Source: Gekko japonicus
Taxonomy: Eukaryota
Direction of reading: 5' to 3'
NCBI RefSeq assembly: GCF_001447785.1
Contig: NW_015166417.1
Coordinates: 2,245,030-2,309,029, forward strand
Length of the DNA stretch: 64,000 bases
Shown: in pieces, positions 51,461-63,585 of the stretch
How the letters are laid out: the number at the start of each line of letters is the position of its first letter
Position numbering within the stretch: position 1 is the stretch's first letter
Notes under the pieces: generated by a model
Told to the model about the DNA's origin: nothing
Database searches by the model: none
Seen by the model: only the letters and a program-made list of their open reading frames with translations
Made by a program: the position numbers and the translations under genes

Positions 51461-51778
51461 GGACCAAACTAGACATTGTGGTGTTCATGGGCTAGACCTG
51501 TGGTCACTACTGCCATTTTAGACCCGAACTCAGCACATTTAAAAGTGCTGTGAGGATTGGCTGTGTGGCTGCACTAGATGATCTTGTTTCCCTTCCCCAT
51601 GCCTATTCAAGTGCCAAAACAGGTAGTTTTGGCACTTGAAAAGACATGCGTGTGTGAAACAAGTGCGCCTGGTCTTCTCATGCCCTCGCAATATTTTTAA
51701 ATAGCCCGAGTTCAGTTCTTAAATGGTGGCAGAGGCCGTGGATCCAATCCGTGGACACCTTAATGTCTAGTTTGGCCC
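51461..51778. mobile_element. PIF/Harbinger-like MITE
   Basis: TIR ggaccaaactagacatt / aatgtctagtttggccc. Confidence 0.65.
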
Positions 51779-52379
51779 ACCAGTTAAGATGGAATAAACT
51801 AACTCTGGTTAACCTATGTTCCTGCATTCCTATGTCATGGGCAACCAGAATTCGTTTTTAACCCCAATTCTGTGCATGAAAAGGAGGAGTGAGGAGCAAG
51901 GTATGCATAACAGCCTGGCAACATACCAGGATTGTACACAATTTAACTTCAAGAGTGGTCCGAACTCAGCACATTTAAAAGTGCTGTGAGGATTAAGATG
52001 ATCTTGTTTCCCTTCCCCATGCCTATTCAAGCGCCAAAACAGGTAGTTTCGGCACTTGAAAAGACATGCGTGTGTGAAACAAGTGCGCCTGGTCTTCTCA
52101 TGCCCTCGCAATATTTTTAAATAGCCCGAGTTCAGTTCTAAAATGGTGGCAGAGGCCATGGATCCAATCCGTGGACACCTTAACGTCTAGTTTGGCCCAC
52201 CAGTTAAGGTGGAATAAACGAACTCTGGTTAACCTATGTTCCTGCATTCCTATGTCATGGGCAACCAGAATTCATTTTTAACCCCAATTCTGTGCATGAA
52301 AAGGAGGGGTGAGGAGCAAGGTATGCATAACAGCCTGGCAACATACCAGGATTGTACACAATTTAACTTCAAGAGTGGT
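51524..52379. repeat. Tandem duplication, about 2 x 430 bp, with a few substitutions and one indel
   Basis: ccgaactcagcacattt...aacttcaagagtggt at 51524-51959 and 51960-52379. Confidence 0.92.
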
Positions 52380-53265
52380 TAAGCTTGCCATCTGATTACA
52401 GCCTTGAAGAAGTGCACAAATTTGTGCCTAACCCTCCTTGTCTGGGGCTAGGGGGACCCCTGTGAAGACTTTATATGGCTACAAGACACTGAGATTCTGG
52501 ACACAGAAATCTAAATCACAGTCATTATTTAATTGGTAAGCTTCCCACTTACAATTAGTTCCAGGCATATGTAAATAGGCCCACTGTTTATAATGTATTG
52601 AAATATCATTGTAAAAACTAGCTTCATTCAGTTTAATTTTTCTAGCCTTTATCAATGAAATTAATTCGAATATTTATATTTTTCTCAATATTTTCCAATC
52701 TATAGTGTAAGGATATTAATCACCTACCTCATAGTATATTCACCCGTTTATCAGAAGCATTTTATATGAGCAGATTAATGCTACATTTTCCTGGGAGTAA
52801 GTCCCATTAAATCAAATAAGACCTACTTCCAAGAAGACCCGGTTAGGCTTGCTCCCTTAATTTCCTAATTTCCAATATGGTATAGGGCAAACTATGTGTT
52901 TATAGTGCCATGAGGCCTATTGTGAGGATTATCTACTTAAGGGTTTCACAACCTAAGAGTACTAATTTTAAATCAATAATAGGAACAACAGTGACAATAC
53001 CAGCAACATAATTGAAGGCCAGACATTGATAATGTAAGTCACAAAGACAAAGTAAGTTTCAGTTAATACATTTAGGATCACAGTGAAAGAGTGATACATT
53101 TTCTGTCAAGGTCTCGCAGATAAATTAAGAGGTACTACAAGCACAGTAAATGTATCATTCAACTTCCTCTGCCATCGCAGTTTGCTGAATGGCTTACTTC
53201 CCTTCTGCTCATGCCTTTTATTGGATGAAGCCAGAGTGACGGAATATTTTGTCATGCCTACCTTA

Positions 53266-53470
53266 TAGAAGAGCTAGATCTGAGTCCAGTAGCACCTCGG
53301 AGACCAACAAGATTTTCGGAGTATACGCTTTCGAAAGGCAAAGCTCTCTTTGTCAGATACCAAATCTGATAAAGGGAGATTTAATTCAAGAAAGCTCATA
53401 CCCTGGGAATCTTGTCGGTCTCTAAAGTGCTACTGGACTCAGATCGAGCTCTTCTACTACAGACCAACAT
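53266..53470. mobile_element. Penelope-like inverted terminal fragment carrying two decayed hammerhead cores
   Basis: Arms tagaagagctagatctgagtccagtagcac / gtgctactggactcagatcgagctcttcta; central CTGA-N-(G>A)A...GAAAGC motifs on both strands. Confidence 0.8.
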
Positions 53471-53503
53471 GCTCTGAAACCACCTTAAAGCATGGCAAGA
53501 GAC

Positions 53504-54249
53504 TCACCTCAGCCACTGTTTGTGGTCCAGGAGGCAGGGGAGGCTGGAAGGGGGACTGTTTGGCCACATAGCCCCTTCAGGCTATGGGAAAGGGTTGAGT
53601 CGGCTCTCCCCTCAGCGTGCCATGTCATGCATCACATCAGAGGGTGGGCACAGGCAGCAAGAGCCCAGGGACTACTTAAGCAAGCCTGCACGTGTTCCTT
53701 GGCCTCTTTTCCTGGCTTGCCGGCTTACCCACCCACCCTCGTATATTGGTTGTTATGATTCATGTGTTAGTTGATTGTTTTTACTGTCACAGCTTGGCAG
53801 TTTAGGCATGGGAACAGATCTGTTTGGGGAGGAGGCTGTGCCTGCGTGCCTGCCTCCTCCATTTTGGGGACTCCCATAAGTGGCCTTGGGGTGTAGAGCC
53901 ATTCAGCCGCATGCCCAGGTGGGGACTTCTGGCTGGCTTACAGCACCAGGTGGCAAGGGACCAGCCAGAGGCCAGCACCCACATGTGTCCCGTTATCTTT
54001 CCACTCCACAGTTTTACCCCAGCAGGTGGGCTGGGGAAGGGGTTCATCGGGTCGGCAGGTGGGTTGTCCGATGCTTGGATCCATCCCGATGCTGTGCCAT
54101 GGCTCCTTTGTCTGTAGTCAAATAAATAAGCTGCAGCCATGTTTTACCAAAAGATGCTCTGTGTGTGTGTCATTCCTTCTAATAACTCCCCCTCTACCCC
54201 TCCTTGAACCCGCAAACCAACTGCTTCAACAGAGAAGATTACACTGACA
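53504..54249 (+). mobile_element. Probable solo LTR
   Basis: Ends in TGACA; internal AATAAA near 54121 followed by a GT-rich tract; gagac on both sides (5-bp TSD if the initial TG was lost). Confidence 0.5.
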
Positions 54250-54744
54250 GAGACATCCTATATAAAGAGCACAATTGTGTTTTTTACCACAGATGATATA
54301 GATAATATATTTTAAGCACTCTGCATGCCAATGATTGTGGTCTGCTTCTGCAGTATCATCTGCATTTTTATTCAATGTACAGTATGGCATAAACCTTGTT
54401 ATAAACAGTACATGGAGGGAACATCACTTTATTTTTATTACATCAGCGACCAGCAGTACAGTTTGATTAAGAAAATTTAAAAATGATAAAAAAGATAGAA
54501 TTAAGTCTTAGAAACAAAGAATCATACCAAATAACTACAAAGTCATGCTGCCATATGGGATTTTTGGTGCTTGTAAACCTGAGCACAGAATTTAGCCACC
54601 TGACGAGTAGTCTGGTGGTTTCTATCAGACAGGAGATAATCAAGCTTGGTTTTATTTGCTCTCCCAGGAAATCTTTCTAATAGTGGGCTGATACTTCCCG
54701 ATCTAAACAGTATATAAACTTTCAAATTCACCAGAATTTTTTGT

Positions 54745-54948
54745 CTCATCAAATTGCAGCTGACTTATGGCAACCCTGTAAGGTTTTCAAGGTAAGAGAG
54801 GAATAGAGGTGGTTTGTCACTGCCTGCCTCTGCATAGAAAACCTGGATTTCCTTGATGGTCTCTCATCCAAATACTGACCAGGGCCAATGCTGTTTAGCA
54901 GCCAAGATCTGACAAGATCAGGCTAGCCTGGGCTATCCAGGTCAGGGT
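54745..54948 (-). mobile_element. 5S rRNA-derived SINE, second copy
   Basis: Reverse complement matches the head and body of 40270-40465. Confidence 0.7.
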
Positions 54949-55276
54949 ACTTTTTGTCATACTGGATGTTAAAAAGTCTTCTGATTTTTTGAGACAATTG
55001 TTATTGGTTTTTAAAATAATGGTTTAAAGTATGTTAATTTTAGCCACCTTGAATGACAGTGGATGGATGGGATGGGATAGAAACCATTAAAATAAATAAA
55101 TACAGTATTTAAATATTTAATAATTAAATAATTAATAAGTAAAGCATTATTATTTTAATGATTAATAATAATTAATTAAGAATAATTAAATGATTGGATT
55201 AATACAGTATTTTGTAGAACTGAACATTTTAACTCAGATTATGTTTTAATATTTTTGCCATGGAACCTTGGGTCAG

Positions 55277-57258
55277 TGTTGCAAGACAGGCTGGGAACAG
55301 CGTAGCACGTGCTGTCAAAGCGTGGAGCGAGCAAGACAAGAGCACCAACTCCTCAAGAAGCGTAGTCAAAGTCTGGTCCAGGGTTAAGCACAGAGTCAGG
55401 TGTCTAGTGTGAGAGTCAGTGTGTACAGCAAGGTCAGAGAATCCAAGGGTTACTCACAAGCAGATTCAGGAGCAAGATGAAGGCAGAGTCAGGAAACAGT
55501 CTGAAGAGTCACAGGGTAGAGGCAAAATCCAGTGCATCGGTTGCAGAGTCAGAGGGATTTTGTCTTGTTGCTTCCACGCCTAACAGCCTCTCTTGGCTGA
55601 TTTTACAGCCATATGCTTAAGGGTCATGCTTGGGAGTAATCCTGCAATACTCAAGCAGCTGGCATCAGGGCAGGAGGCATGCACTTTGTTGTCTCTCCTG
55701 TAGGTCTGTTCATAGCCTCCGTCTGCGGAGCTCTAAAGGTGTGGGTGATACTGGTGGGCTAGAAACGATCAACTGAGTTTCACTTAAATCAGAGCTGGAG
55801 GGTGTCGGTGGTTCTGCACCAGCTGCTGGCTGTGAATCCTGACAAGCCTGCAGAGTATTTGAGGAGTTATCTCACTGTGAAAATACAGCTCCTATTGCTG
55901 TACTAAAGGCATCGGCCTCAAAAATGAAAGGCAGTTGTGGATTGGGGTACCAGAGCAGGGGTTCAGAGATAAACCAAGGTTTTAAATGCTCGGTCCACTT
56001 CCAGCATCCACTGGAATGTCCCGAGGACACAAGAGTTGTGTCAGAGGGACGGTGATGGAAGTAAACCCAGGATAAACTGCTGGTAGTAGTTTACGAAGCC
56101 CAAGAAGCACTGCACATCTTTCCAGGAGCATGGGGCCTGCCATGTTTGTACAGCATCGACTTTCTTTGGATCCATTTTGATCCTGTGCAGCAAAATCACA
56201 TGCCCAAGGAATTCCACAGCTTGCAGATCAAAGGTGCATTTCTCCAACTTGACAAACAGGCTATGCTGCCATAGTCTTTGTAACATGACGTTCAAATGCT
56301 GGGAGTGTTTTACTGGGGTTTGTGAGTAAATTAAGATGTTGTCTAAATAAATAAAAACAAACTGGACCAGGAGGTCTCGAAAAATATCATTCATGAATCT
56401 CTGGAACACCGTGGGTGTGTTGATCAACCTGAACAGCATTACCAGGTACTCGAAGTGACCATACCTTGTACCAAAGGCAGTTTTCCATTCATCATCTTCC
56501 TGAATGTGCACCAAGTTGTAAGCACCCTGGAGGTCCAGTTTGGTGTAAATCTGGGCTCCCTTTAGGTGTTCCAGTAGGTCAGAAGTCAGAGATAGCAGGT
56601 TAGGGTGATTTTATTCAGGGCCCCATAATCGTTACAAACCTGGAGCTCTCTGCTCTTCTTCTTAACAAAAAGTATGGGCGTGGAGGTGGGAGAGGCTGAG
56701 GGACAAACCCTTGTTGCAGGTTTTTGGTGAGGAAGTCCCGGAGTGCAGGCAACTCAGGTTCCAATAATGAATACAGATGCCCTACTGGCAGGGGTGCACC
56801 AAGGACCAGGTCTATGGTGCAGTCATACTGCCAATGGGGTGGTAGTTGATTAGCTCCCCTTTCCTTGAAAAAATCCTTGATTCTTACAGTCATATGCTTA
56901 ACGGTCATACTTGTAGCCAGGTGCTCGGGAGTAATCCTGCAACTACTCAAGCAGCTGGTGTCGGGCCAGGAGGTGTGCACTTTGTCATCTCTCCTGTAGT
57001 TCTGTTCATAGCCTCCGTCTGTGGCACTCTAAGAGTGTGGTTGATACTGGAGGGCTGGAAATGATCAACTGAGTTTCACCTGTTGAATCAGAGCTGGAGG
57101 GTGTCAGTGGTTCTGCACCTGTTGTTGGCTGTGAATCCTGACAAGCCTCCAGCTCACCTTCCCTCTTGCCAGCTTCTGCTGACTCAGAGCTGGCAACATG
57201 GGGCTCCTCTTCTACTGAGGAGTCCTTGCTCTTACTGAACCCTGACTGGCCCACAACG
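55277..57258 (-). mobile_element. Internally deleted Ty3/Gypsy LTR retrotransposon
   Basis: 5-bp TSD gtcag; termini (C/T)GTTG...CAACA; shared LTR segment at about 55608-55850 and 56890-57147; internal pol remnant. Confidence 0.9.
55870..56889 (-). pseudogene. Disrupted Gypsy pol fragment (RT and the start of RNase H)
   Basis: LPPHWQYDCTIDL, KTAFGTRYGHFEYLVM, VFQRFMNDIF, YLDN (catalytic YLDD mutated), FLGFVNYY, FIFEADAFSTAIGAVFSQ; frameshifts. Confidence 0.9.
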
Positions 57259-57999
57259 GTCAGTCACACACAGGGTTGTTGTGAGGATAAAATGGAGAAG
57301 AAGAGAATTGTGTAAAGTGCTTGGGGTCCCCAACTGGGGAGAGAAGCAGAGTATAAATGAAGTAACTGATCTAGACAGTTCTTGTTAAATTTGGTTCAGA
57401 CACAAATAGGTAATAATCAGTATTCCTCCTGAAAAATAATCAAATTGTTTTCACATTATTCTGGTTTTCTGAGTAGGGAAGTATAAAGTATGATTTGGCA
57501 AGGATAGCCCTCCCTTTTTGCTTTTTAAAAGTGCTGTATCTTAAATACTAAATTAATCTGCATGAATACCATCCCCTCTACTACAGTGCCACTTACAGGG
57601 CTACATATTTATTTATTTATTTATCAATCAAATTTCTACGGCGCCCTCCCCACTGAAGCAGACTCATCACTCCAGTGTAATAAGAGCATAGTATGAACTT
57701 GCTTGATTCAATTCAGACCATTTATTTATTGTTTGCATTTGTAGCCTGTTCTTCCTCCTTAGGAAATCAGGTCCGTGTACGCAGTTCTCTTCTCATCTTC
57801 TCAATTTCTAGGTTGATACAGGAAAGCTAGGTTGATACAGTCTGGCTGGCACAATGAGTTTTCAGGTAGCCAGCACATATTTGAACATTGCTCTCTACAA
57901 GGCCTACCTAACCACTCCCAACACACACTGGGCTATCAGATCAGTATTTTCCGCTGTTTGAGGTCTTTTAACTGCATAAGTTGGGGGTTGAAACTGGAA

Positions 58000-58336
58000 T
58001 AGGGTTGCCAGGTCCCCGGGGGGGGGAACCTCTGCTCGGTGGGTCCGTTACCTGCCGGCCCGGATGAGGCCGCCAGGGGGAACCCCACCTCCAAAGTGCC
58101 GGGATCGCAGAGACGTGCCCAGCGTGATGACGTCACCAGGAACATTGCAGGGGGAAGCTCTATCATTCGAGAGAAAACTCTATGGCTTTCCCTCAAATGA
58201 TAGTGGTCCCGCCCTCAACATGCCTGATGCGATGATGTCACTTCTGGGTGACGTCATCATGCCGGGCACATCTCCGCGATGCACTTTGGGGGTGGGATTC
58301 CCCCCGCTGCAGCTATGGTTGGACTTGGCAAATCTA
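58000..58336. mobile_element. hAT-type TAGGGTTGCCA MITE, longer CpG-rich subfamily
   Basis: TIR tagggttgcca / tggcaaatcta; perfect 8-bp TSD aactggaa. Confidence 0.85.
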
Positions 58337-59584
58337 AACTGGAACATCAATATGCCAAGCTTGTGTTCTCACACTGAGTTATGGGGTCTCCCAGCAAAAC
58401 AGCCAGGCTTTCTGCAAAAGCAACAGTGTGCAGCAACAGTTGTGAAACCCACAGCTATACATATCATACTTGGACATGGCACAGCAGAATCTCAAGTGCA
58501 AGACAAATTATTTTACAGCATCCCCCCCCCCGGGAATTATTGGCAGAACATTTATGCCACAGATGCACACTCTTTGGAACTATACATATGTGCCAGTTGA
58601 CAGAATCAGGAGCCATTGAAATTAGAATTTCCAGAAGGTTGGCATGTTCTCTGAAGCATGTGCCAAGTGCTGGGTAATTATCCTCCTCACATAAGTGTTA
58701 GAAGCTTGAACTCAGCTCTGTAATGTTTATCGCATCATGAGGCACATATGTAAATACAAGCAGCAGAAATGCTGATGAAAACTCTCTCTTTTTCAAAAAG
58801 ACATCATACCAAGAGCTCAAGTCCCAAGATGAGAAGATAAAGTTGCTTTCATCTATTGGAACTGATCCACTAAAGTTCTCTCAGCTGAGGTAATCAAAAC
58901 CAGTAGTGTAATAGAAATTTGAATTCAGTAGTGATAAGGAAGGCTTTTTCCCAGTTTTTTAGACTGCCAAAAATTTTGCTTGCTACCCCTTTCTCCCCCT
59001 TTAGCAGGCAATTATTTCTAATGGGTTAGTATAATATTAAGCTTCTTCATTATCATTGTCAAATTGAAGTTTTGTGCCAGTGCTAGCAAATTTTAATGAT
59101 GATTCCTCAGAACAAATTCGCACATTGTAAAGCGTGAGCTCTCATCTAGGCAAGCATTTACACCTTGGTCATGTAAATATCTACATATAGATTATCCATG
59201 CCTCATAAATCCCCCAGGTAAATTACCACATGAATAGTTTCTGAAATGCCTGAATGTTTAGGGAGAGCTCAATAAAGCACAAGTGAAACGAGCCCTGAAG
59301 TCCTCTGAGAAATAATATATTGTTAACTTGAAGGCTCCCAGGCCAGACTACCAACATGAATAGAAAATCCTCAAGATAGGGGAATCAAATACTTTATAAT
59401 TGGCTAGATGCCTTAATGACTACACAAAACTGGTGTGTGTATGTCTGTGGTATGGAAGCCAAGCTACACTAAATCTCTTCATCATTCACTAGAACACAGC
59501 AGAATAGAAAGGAAATTCCATGTTTTGTACAGGTAATAAATATATGTATCAGAAATATAAACATAGGCTAGTGAGACATCAAGA

Positions 59585-59665
59585 GTTGTTGTTGTTCAGT
59601 CGCACAGTCGAGTCCGACTCTTCGCGACCCCATGGACAATCTCCCGCCAGGCTCTCCTGTCTTCC
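59585..59665 (-). mobile_element. RTE-BovB LINE 3' end
   Basis: ttgttgttgttcagtcgcacagtcgagtccgactcttcgcgaccccatggac is the reverse complement of the same tail. Confidence 0.8.
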
Positions 59666-60601
59666 GCCTATCTTCTTATCTTCTTCGGATGACTGCCAAC
59701 ATGGATTTATATACAGTATCAAAGAGTCTCATGGTTATCTTAAAGGCTAACAAAATGTATTAAGGGCATAAGTTTTTTGGAGCCAGAATCCATTTCTACA
59801 GACAAGGAAGTGTTCACATAGGAACAGAATCATAGCAAATGTATGCTTAAGAAATAAAGGAATAGAGATGGCTGAACTAATAATAGTAGAGAAAGGGACT
59901 ATTATATTAAAGTGCTTAACATCGACTATTTTGAGAAGGATATAAAAGCATATGAGACTAATTTAAATGACAAAACTGGGGCCTTGAACAGCTGAAACAC
60001 ACACACGTATCCTTTCTCTCTGAATGCTAGATACACCCAGAAGCATAGGACAGAGAACAATACAGATTTCTAAAGATCAATATACGGCTAGATCTTTCAT
60101 ATCCTCCCTCTCTTCTGAATCAAGCAAATGTGTAAGGACTGTTATCATGTTAAGGTATATGGGTATTAAAATACAAAGGCAGGGTTTTTCAACAGCTGTG
60201 AAGTATGAAAGAAATGGCAAGGGCTGCTTCTTCAGCTCTGTACCATCCACAGTCACTCTCTCGTCCCCTCCACCCAGAGTAAGGAAGCCTCAGCAGGCAA
60301 CGGGAGGGAGGAAAAGACACTGCAAAGGAACAGGACTGGAAAAGCAACATCCGCCTTTGAGGTTGTGGAACCTCAAGAGAAGCAAAATGCGTGGGCTACA
60401 GCCGAGAAACCTCTGGGAACTATGGAGAAAAGTTCATAGTCTGGGCAATTCCCTAAATTGAACATTTAAAAAATAATAATTGCTGTCATTTTAACAGTGG
60501 TATGTGACAAGGACTTCCCTTCTGAAACCGTAGAATCAATATTCCACCGATACTTTTTCAACCAGTTGGGAGGAGGGGGAAAGCTATAATGAAATTCTTA
60601 C

Positions 60602-60812
60602 CTTGGGCTTGTAACTTCCTCAACAGTTTAGCATCTGTGTTGTCAAGGAACTCGGTGCTACCAACATTTGGAGGCCGACCCTTGCGACGCCTCATTTTCG
60701 ACTCCTCTTTAGCACGCTGTCTTTCTGGATTTGGCGGTCGTCCTCTACGTCCTTCCATAGCTCTGATACGGGGAAGGACTTCCTCTTCTTTCAGTAAACA
60801 CCATTGCATCCC
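60602..60812 (-). CDS. BAZ2B: BAZ2B exon GMQWCLLKEE...KLQAQ(E), with two GRP AT-hook-like motifs; phase 0 to 1
   Basis: ttataag|GGG ATG CAA TGG ... GCC CAA G|gtaag; 211 nt; RRGRPP and KGRPP motifs. Confidence 0.95.
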
Positions 60813-62565
60813 CTTATAACCAATATATTTCACAGAAAGGCATTATTAACATAAAATGGACAATAAAAAGGTCCAACAATACATGCATAAACACCAAAGC
60901 ATAGGTTTATATATCTGTAAATATTAGCGCTGCAAGTTTGAATTGATAATTGGTAGATTAATCAACTAAAACTTCAAGCACAGACTGGAATCTGTTCCAT
61001 TCTTAACTGACGGATATTGGATCGAAGGGCACAAAGACACACTGGCTCCCTTATTCTGTCACATTTTAGAAAAAGAAGTTTAACTCTTTCTGTCCAGTTT
61101 CCAATCCAAGCCAATAGGTATTTTGTACTCCTGAGTGAAATCTCTATAGATTTCTTTGAAGCTGAAATCGTTAAAAAGATCTTTCAAATGTGGATCTTCT
61201 ATAATACTAATGGAATCTGTTCACTTTTAAACTGTAACATCTTAACTGTAATATGGAAAATTAAATATTACAGATTTCTAAATGTGATGGAAATGAAAAT
61301 ATTAAAGATTGCCTTTCCTTCTAAAAATACGTGATAACTTTTAAAATTCAAATTGTACATTGTCTGACCGAAGAGAAAATGCCCTGTTTCCTCAAAATAA
61401 GGAACCCATCTTAACATTTTGATAAAAAGTGAATTTAATTAATTACTTTCCTGCATCTTTCATCACTTGACATTCCTAATAAATATAACTACAATACAGT
61501 AGACAAATATAACCACTGTATATTGATAATACTTGTTACATTTATTGTTTAATTTACAAGGCTAATTTTATAAACCTATCACTACCCTTATCATTTTCTC
61601 TTGCATCACAATAATTTTATGTGAGCCGGCCTAGGCCGGAAGGGCGGGATAAAAATCTAATAAATAAATAAATAAATATTCTTAAGGAGTTCTGGATAGT
61701 TTCTTTGAGCCCCAGAACAAAATTTGTTTAATGATCAGATATTATATAAATGCCAGCCAAAATCCATTGTTTTTATGTCATTATTCTGTTGTATTAGATT
61801 CTGTTTTGCCTAATAATCCCATTTGAAATGTCAAATTTAGACATGAAACATTCCTTATTAGTGATCCTTAAAGTAAGCAAATGTCAAATTCATTGGTCAG
61901 CAAAATGAATATATATATTTCTCTATGAAATCATCTGTTTCTCAGGAGTATACATAATATATGGCACATAATTTAATTGTATAGAATACAGCAGGCAGAT
62001 ACTTAAGAATTTCCGAAGTCTTCCATGTACATCTCTGACAATAGCACAAATGATCAGTTTAGAGTTCAGTTTTATAAGAACTGTACTAAAAGTCTTTGTT
62101 TCTGTCTCAGTTTTATTTAACAAAATATCATTTTAATCTACTGAGATTAACTTTCACCTACTATTTAAAACATTTGCACCCTAATAAGGAACTTTTAAAT
62201 TTGTTATAATCCGTTCTTTAATCTTGCACTCTGTTCCATGCTATGGAAACCTCAGGTCATCACTGAATGTGACTCAATCTTCTTAAATCTTGCTATGTAC
62301 GCATTCATCACAAATTCCTGACTTTCAAGCACTGTCTTTAATTCTAAAGGCATATTTCATTTTAATTTTCACAGGAAGAGACTTTCATTATGTGTCTTTA
62401 TCTAAACAGGCATAGCAGTTAAATGTATCTTTGTTGTTAAATAAATGTGTCTTGGTAGATGTCATATCTAACTGTGGTTAAGGAGAAATGCACATGACCC
62501 CAGTTTGTTTCTGGCCTCACACTCATTTCTTCTTGCTCTGAACATCACAAATAAATAAAACTCTG

Positions 62566-63086
62566 GGCTGCGGTCACACAGAACATTAGCCACGCTAGAG
62601 AGACGGAAGTCAGGCGGAGTTTCCGGGTGCGATCTCACCGGCACATCTGGGAAGCGTAGCGCTTCCGTGGCTCAACCGAGGCTTCCCGCCGAAACCGCGC
62701 TGCAAAAAACTAGTACCTCAGAGGTACTAGTTTCTGGAAACTGCGGGGCAAGGGCGGGCGTCTGATCGCGTTTCCGGTGGCATCCAGTGCCCGCCCATGT
62801 CCCCTTGCAAACAAGGGGTTTTTTTCCCAAGTCTCCGTGGATGCGCACAAGCACCAAACAGAGCATGCACATTTTTTGTGTACACGACGGGAAAAAAACA
62901 CCCGTTTGCCGCACCACGCGCTTCTTTGTTGCGCGCAGGATCGTCCTGTGATCAGGACCTCTCCCTTCCCACAGAACCTCCATGGAACCTCCAGGGGAGG
63001 TCTGATTCCTTAACCGCGCGTTAGTTTGCCCCGGGGCAAACAGCCACGCTTCTCCCCCGCAGTTTCCTGCCCGTGTGACCGGAGCC
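62566..63086. mobile_element. CpG-rich PIF/Harbinger-like MITE
   Basis: TIR ggctgcggtcacac / gtgtgaccggagcc; 3-bp TSD ctg; internal palindrome aaactagtacctc-a-gaggtactagttt. Confidence 0.8.
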
Positions 63087-63296
63087 CTGGTTACCCAAGA
63101 CCTGAATACAAGTGCATGGATTAATTGGAATTTCCCCCCGCCTCACACACAAACATACAAACTCACCAGGATTCTAAAACTGGATTAAGGCTAGTGGGAA
63201 ACTAACTCTGATTAAACTGTGCAACTGTATTTCTCCATCATGAGAACCAGAATTAGTGTTATGCTGTGACTCTTGGTATGAGAAGGGAGGCAAAGG

Positions 63297-63585
63297 AGAA
63301 AGAAGAAGAAGAAGAAGAGAAGAGATTGGATTTATACCCCGCCCTTCACTATCCGAAGGTGTCTCAGAGTGGCTTACAAACTGCTTTCCCTTCCCCTCCC
63401 CACAACGGACACCCTGTGAGGTAGGTGGGGCTGAGAGAGTTCTTGACAGAAACTGCTCTTTTTCAAGAACAGCTCTTATCAGAACTACGGCTTGCCCAAG
63501 GTAATCCAGCCAGGTGCAAATGGAGGAGTGGGGAATCAAACCTGGTTCTCCCAGATTAGAGTCTGTGCACTTAACCACTACACAC
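63297..63585 (-). mobile_element. Squam3-like SINE with a (CTT)n tail
   Basis: Homologous to 8498-8765; tRNA-like head GTGTAGTGGTTAAG...GGTTTGATTCCCC. Confidence 0.8.

Larger units (their letters stand above)
6303..60812 (-). other. BAZ2B: BAZ2B gene body (partial, multi-exon; extends beyond both window ends)
   Basis: Eighteen minus-strand exons translate to peptides recognisable as vertebrate BAZ2B, in the correct order (GMQWCLLKEE..., PLPELPRIPG..., QDRYRRRYW..., MQFGWWRI..., SIAWEKSIMKV). Splice phases are consistent except for one missing segment. Confidence 0.97.

Noticed and set aside
53161-53220. Minus-strand QQTAMAEE resembling QQAIMAAEE
   Set aside because: The similarity does not extend in either direction, and there are no suitable splice sites or phase.
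61141-61180. gaagctgaaat match to the MBD-exon NFSF codons
   Set aside because: Flanking translation does not match; the MBD exons are outside the window.
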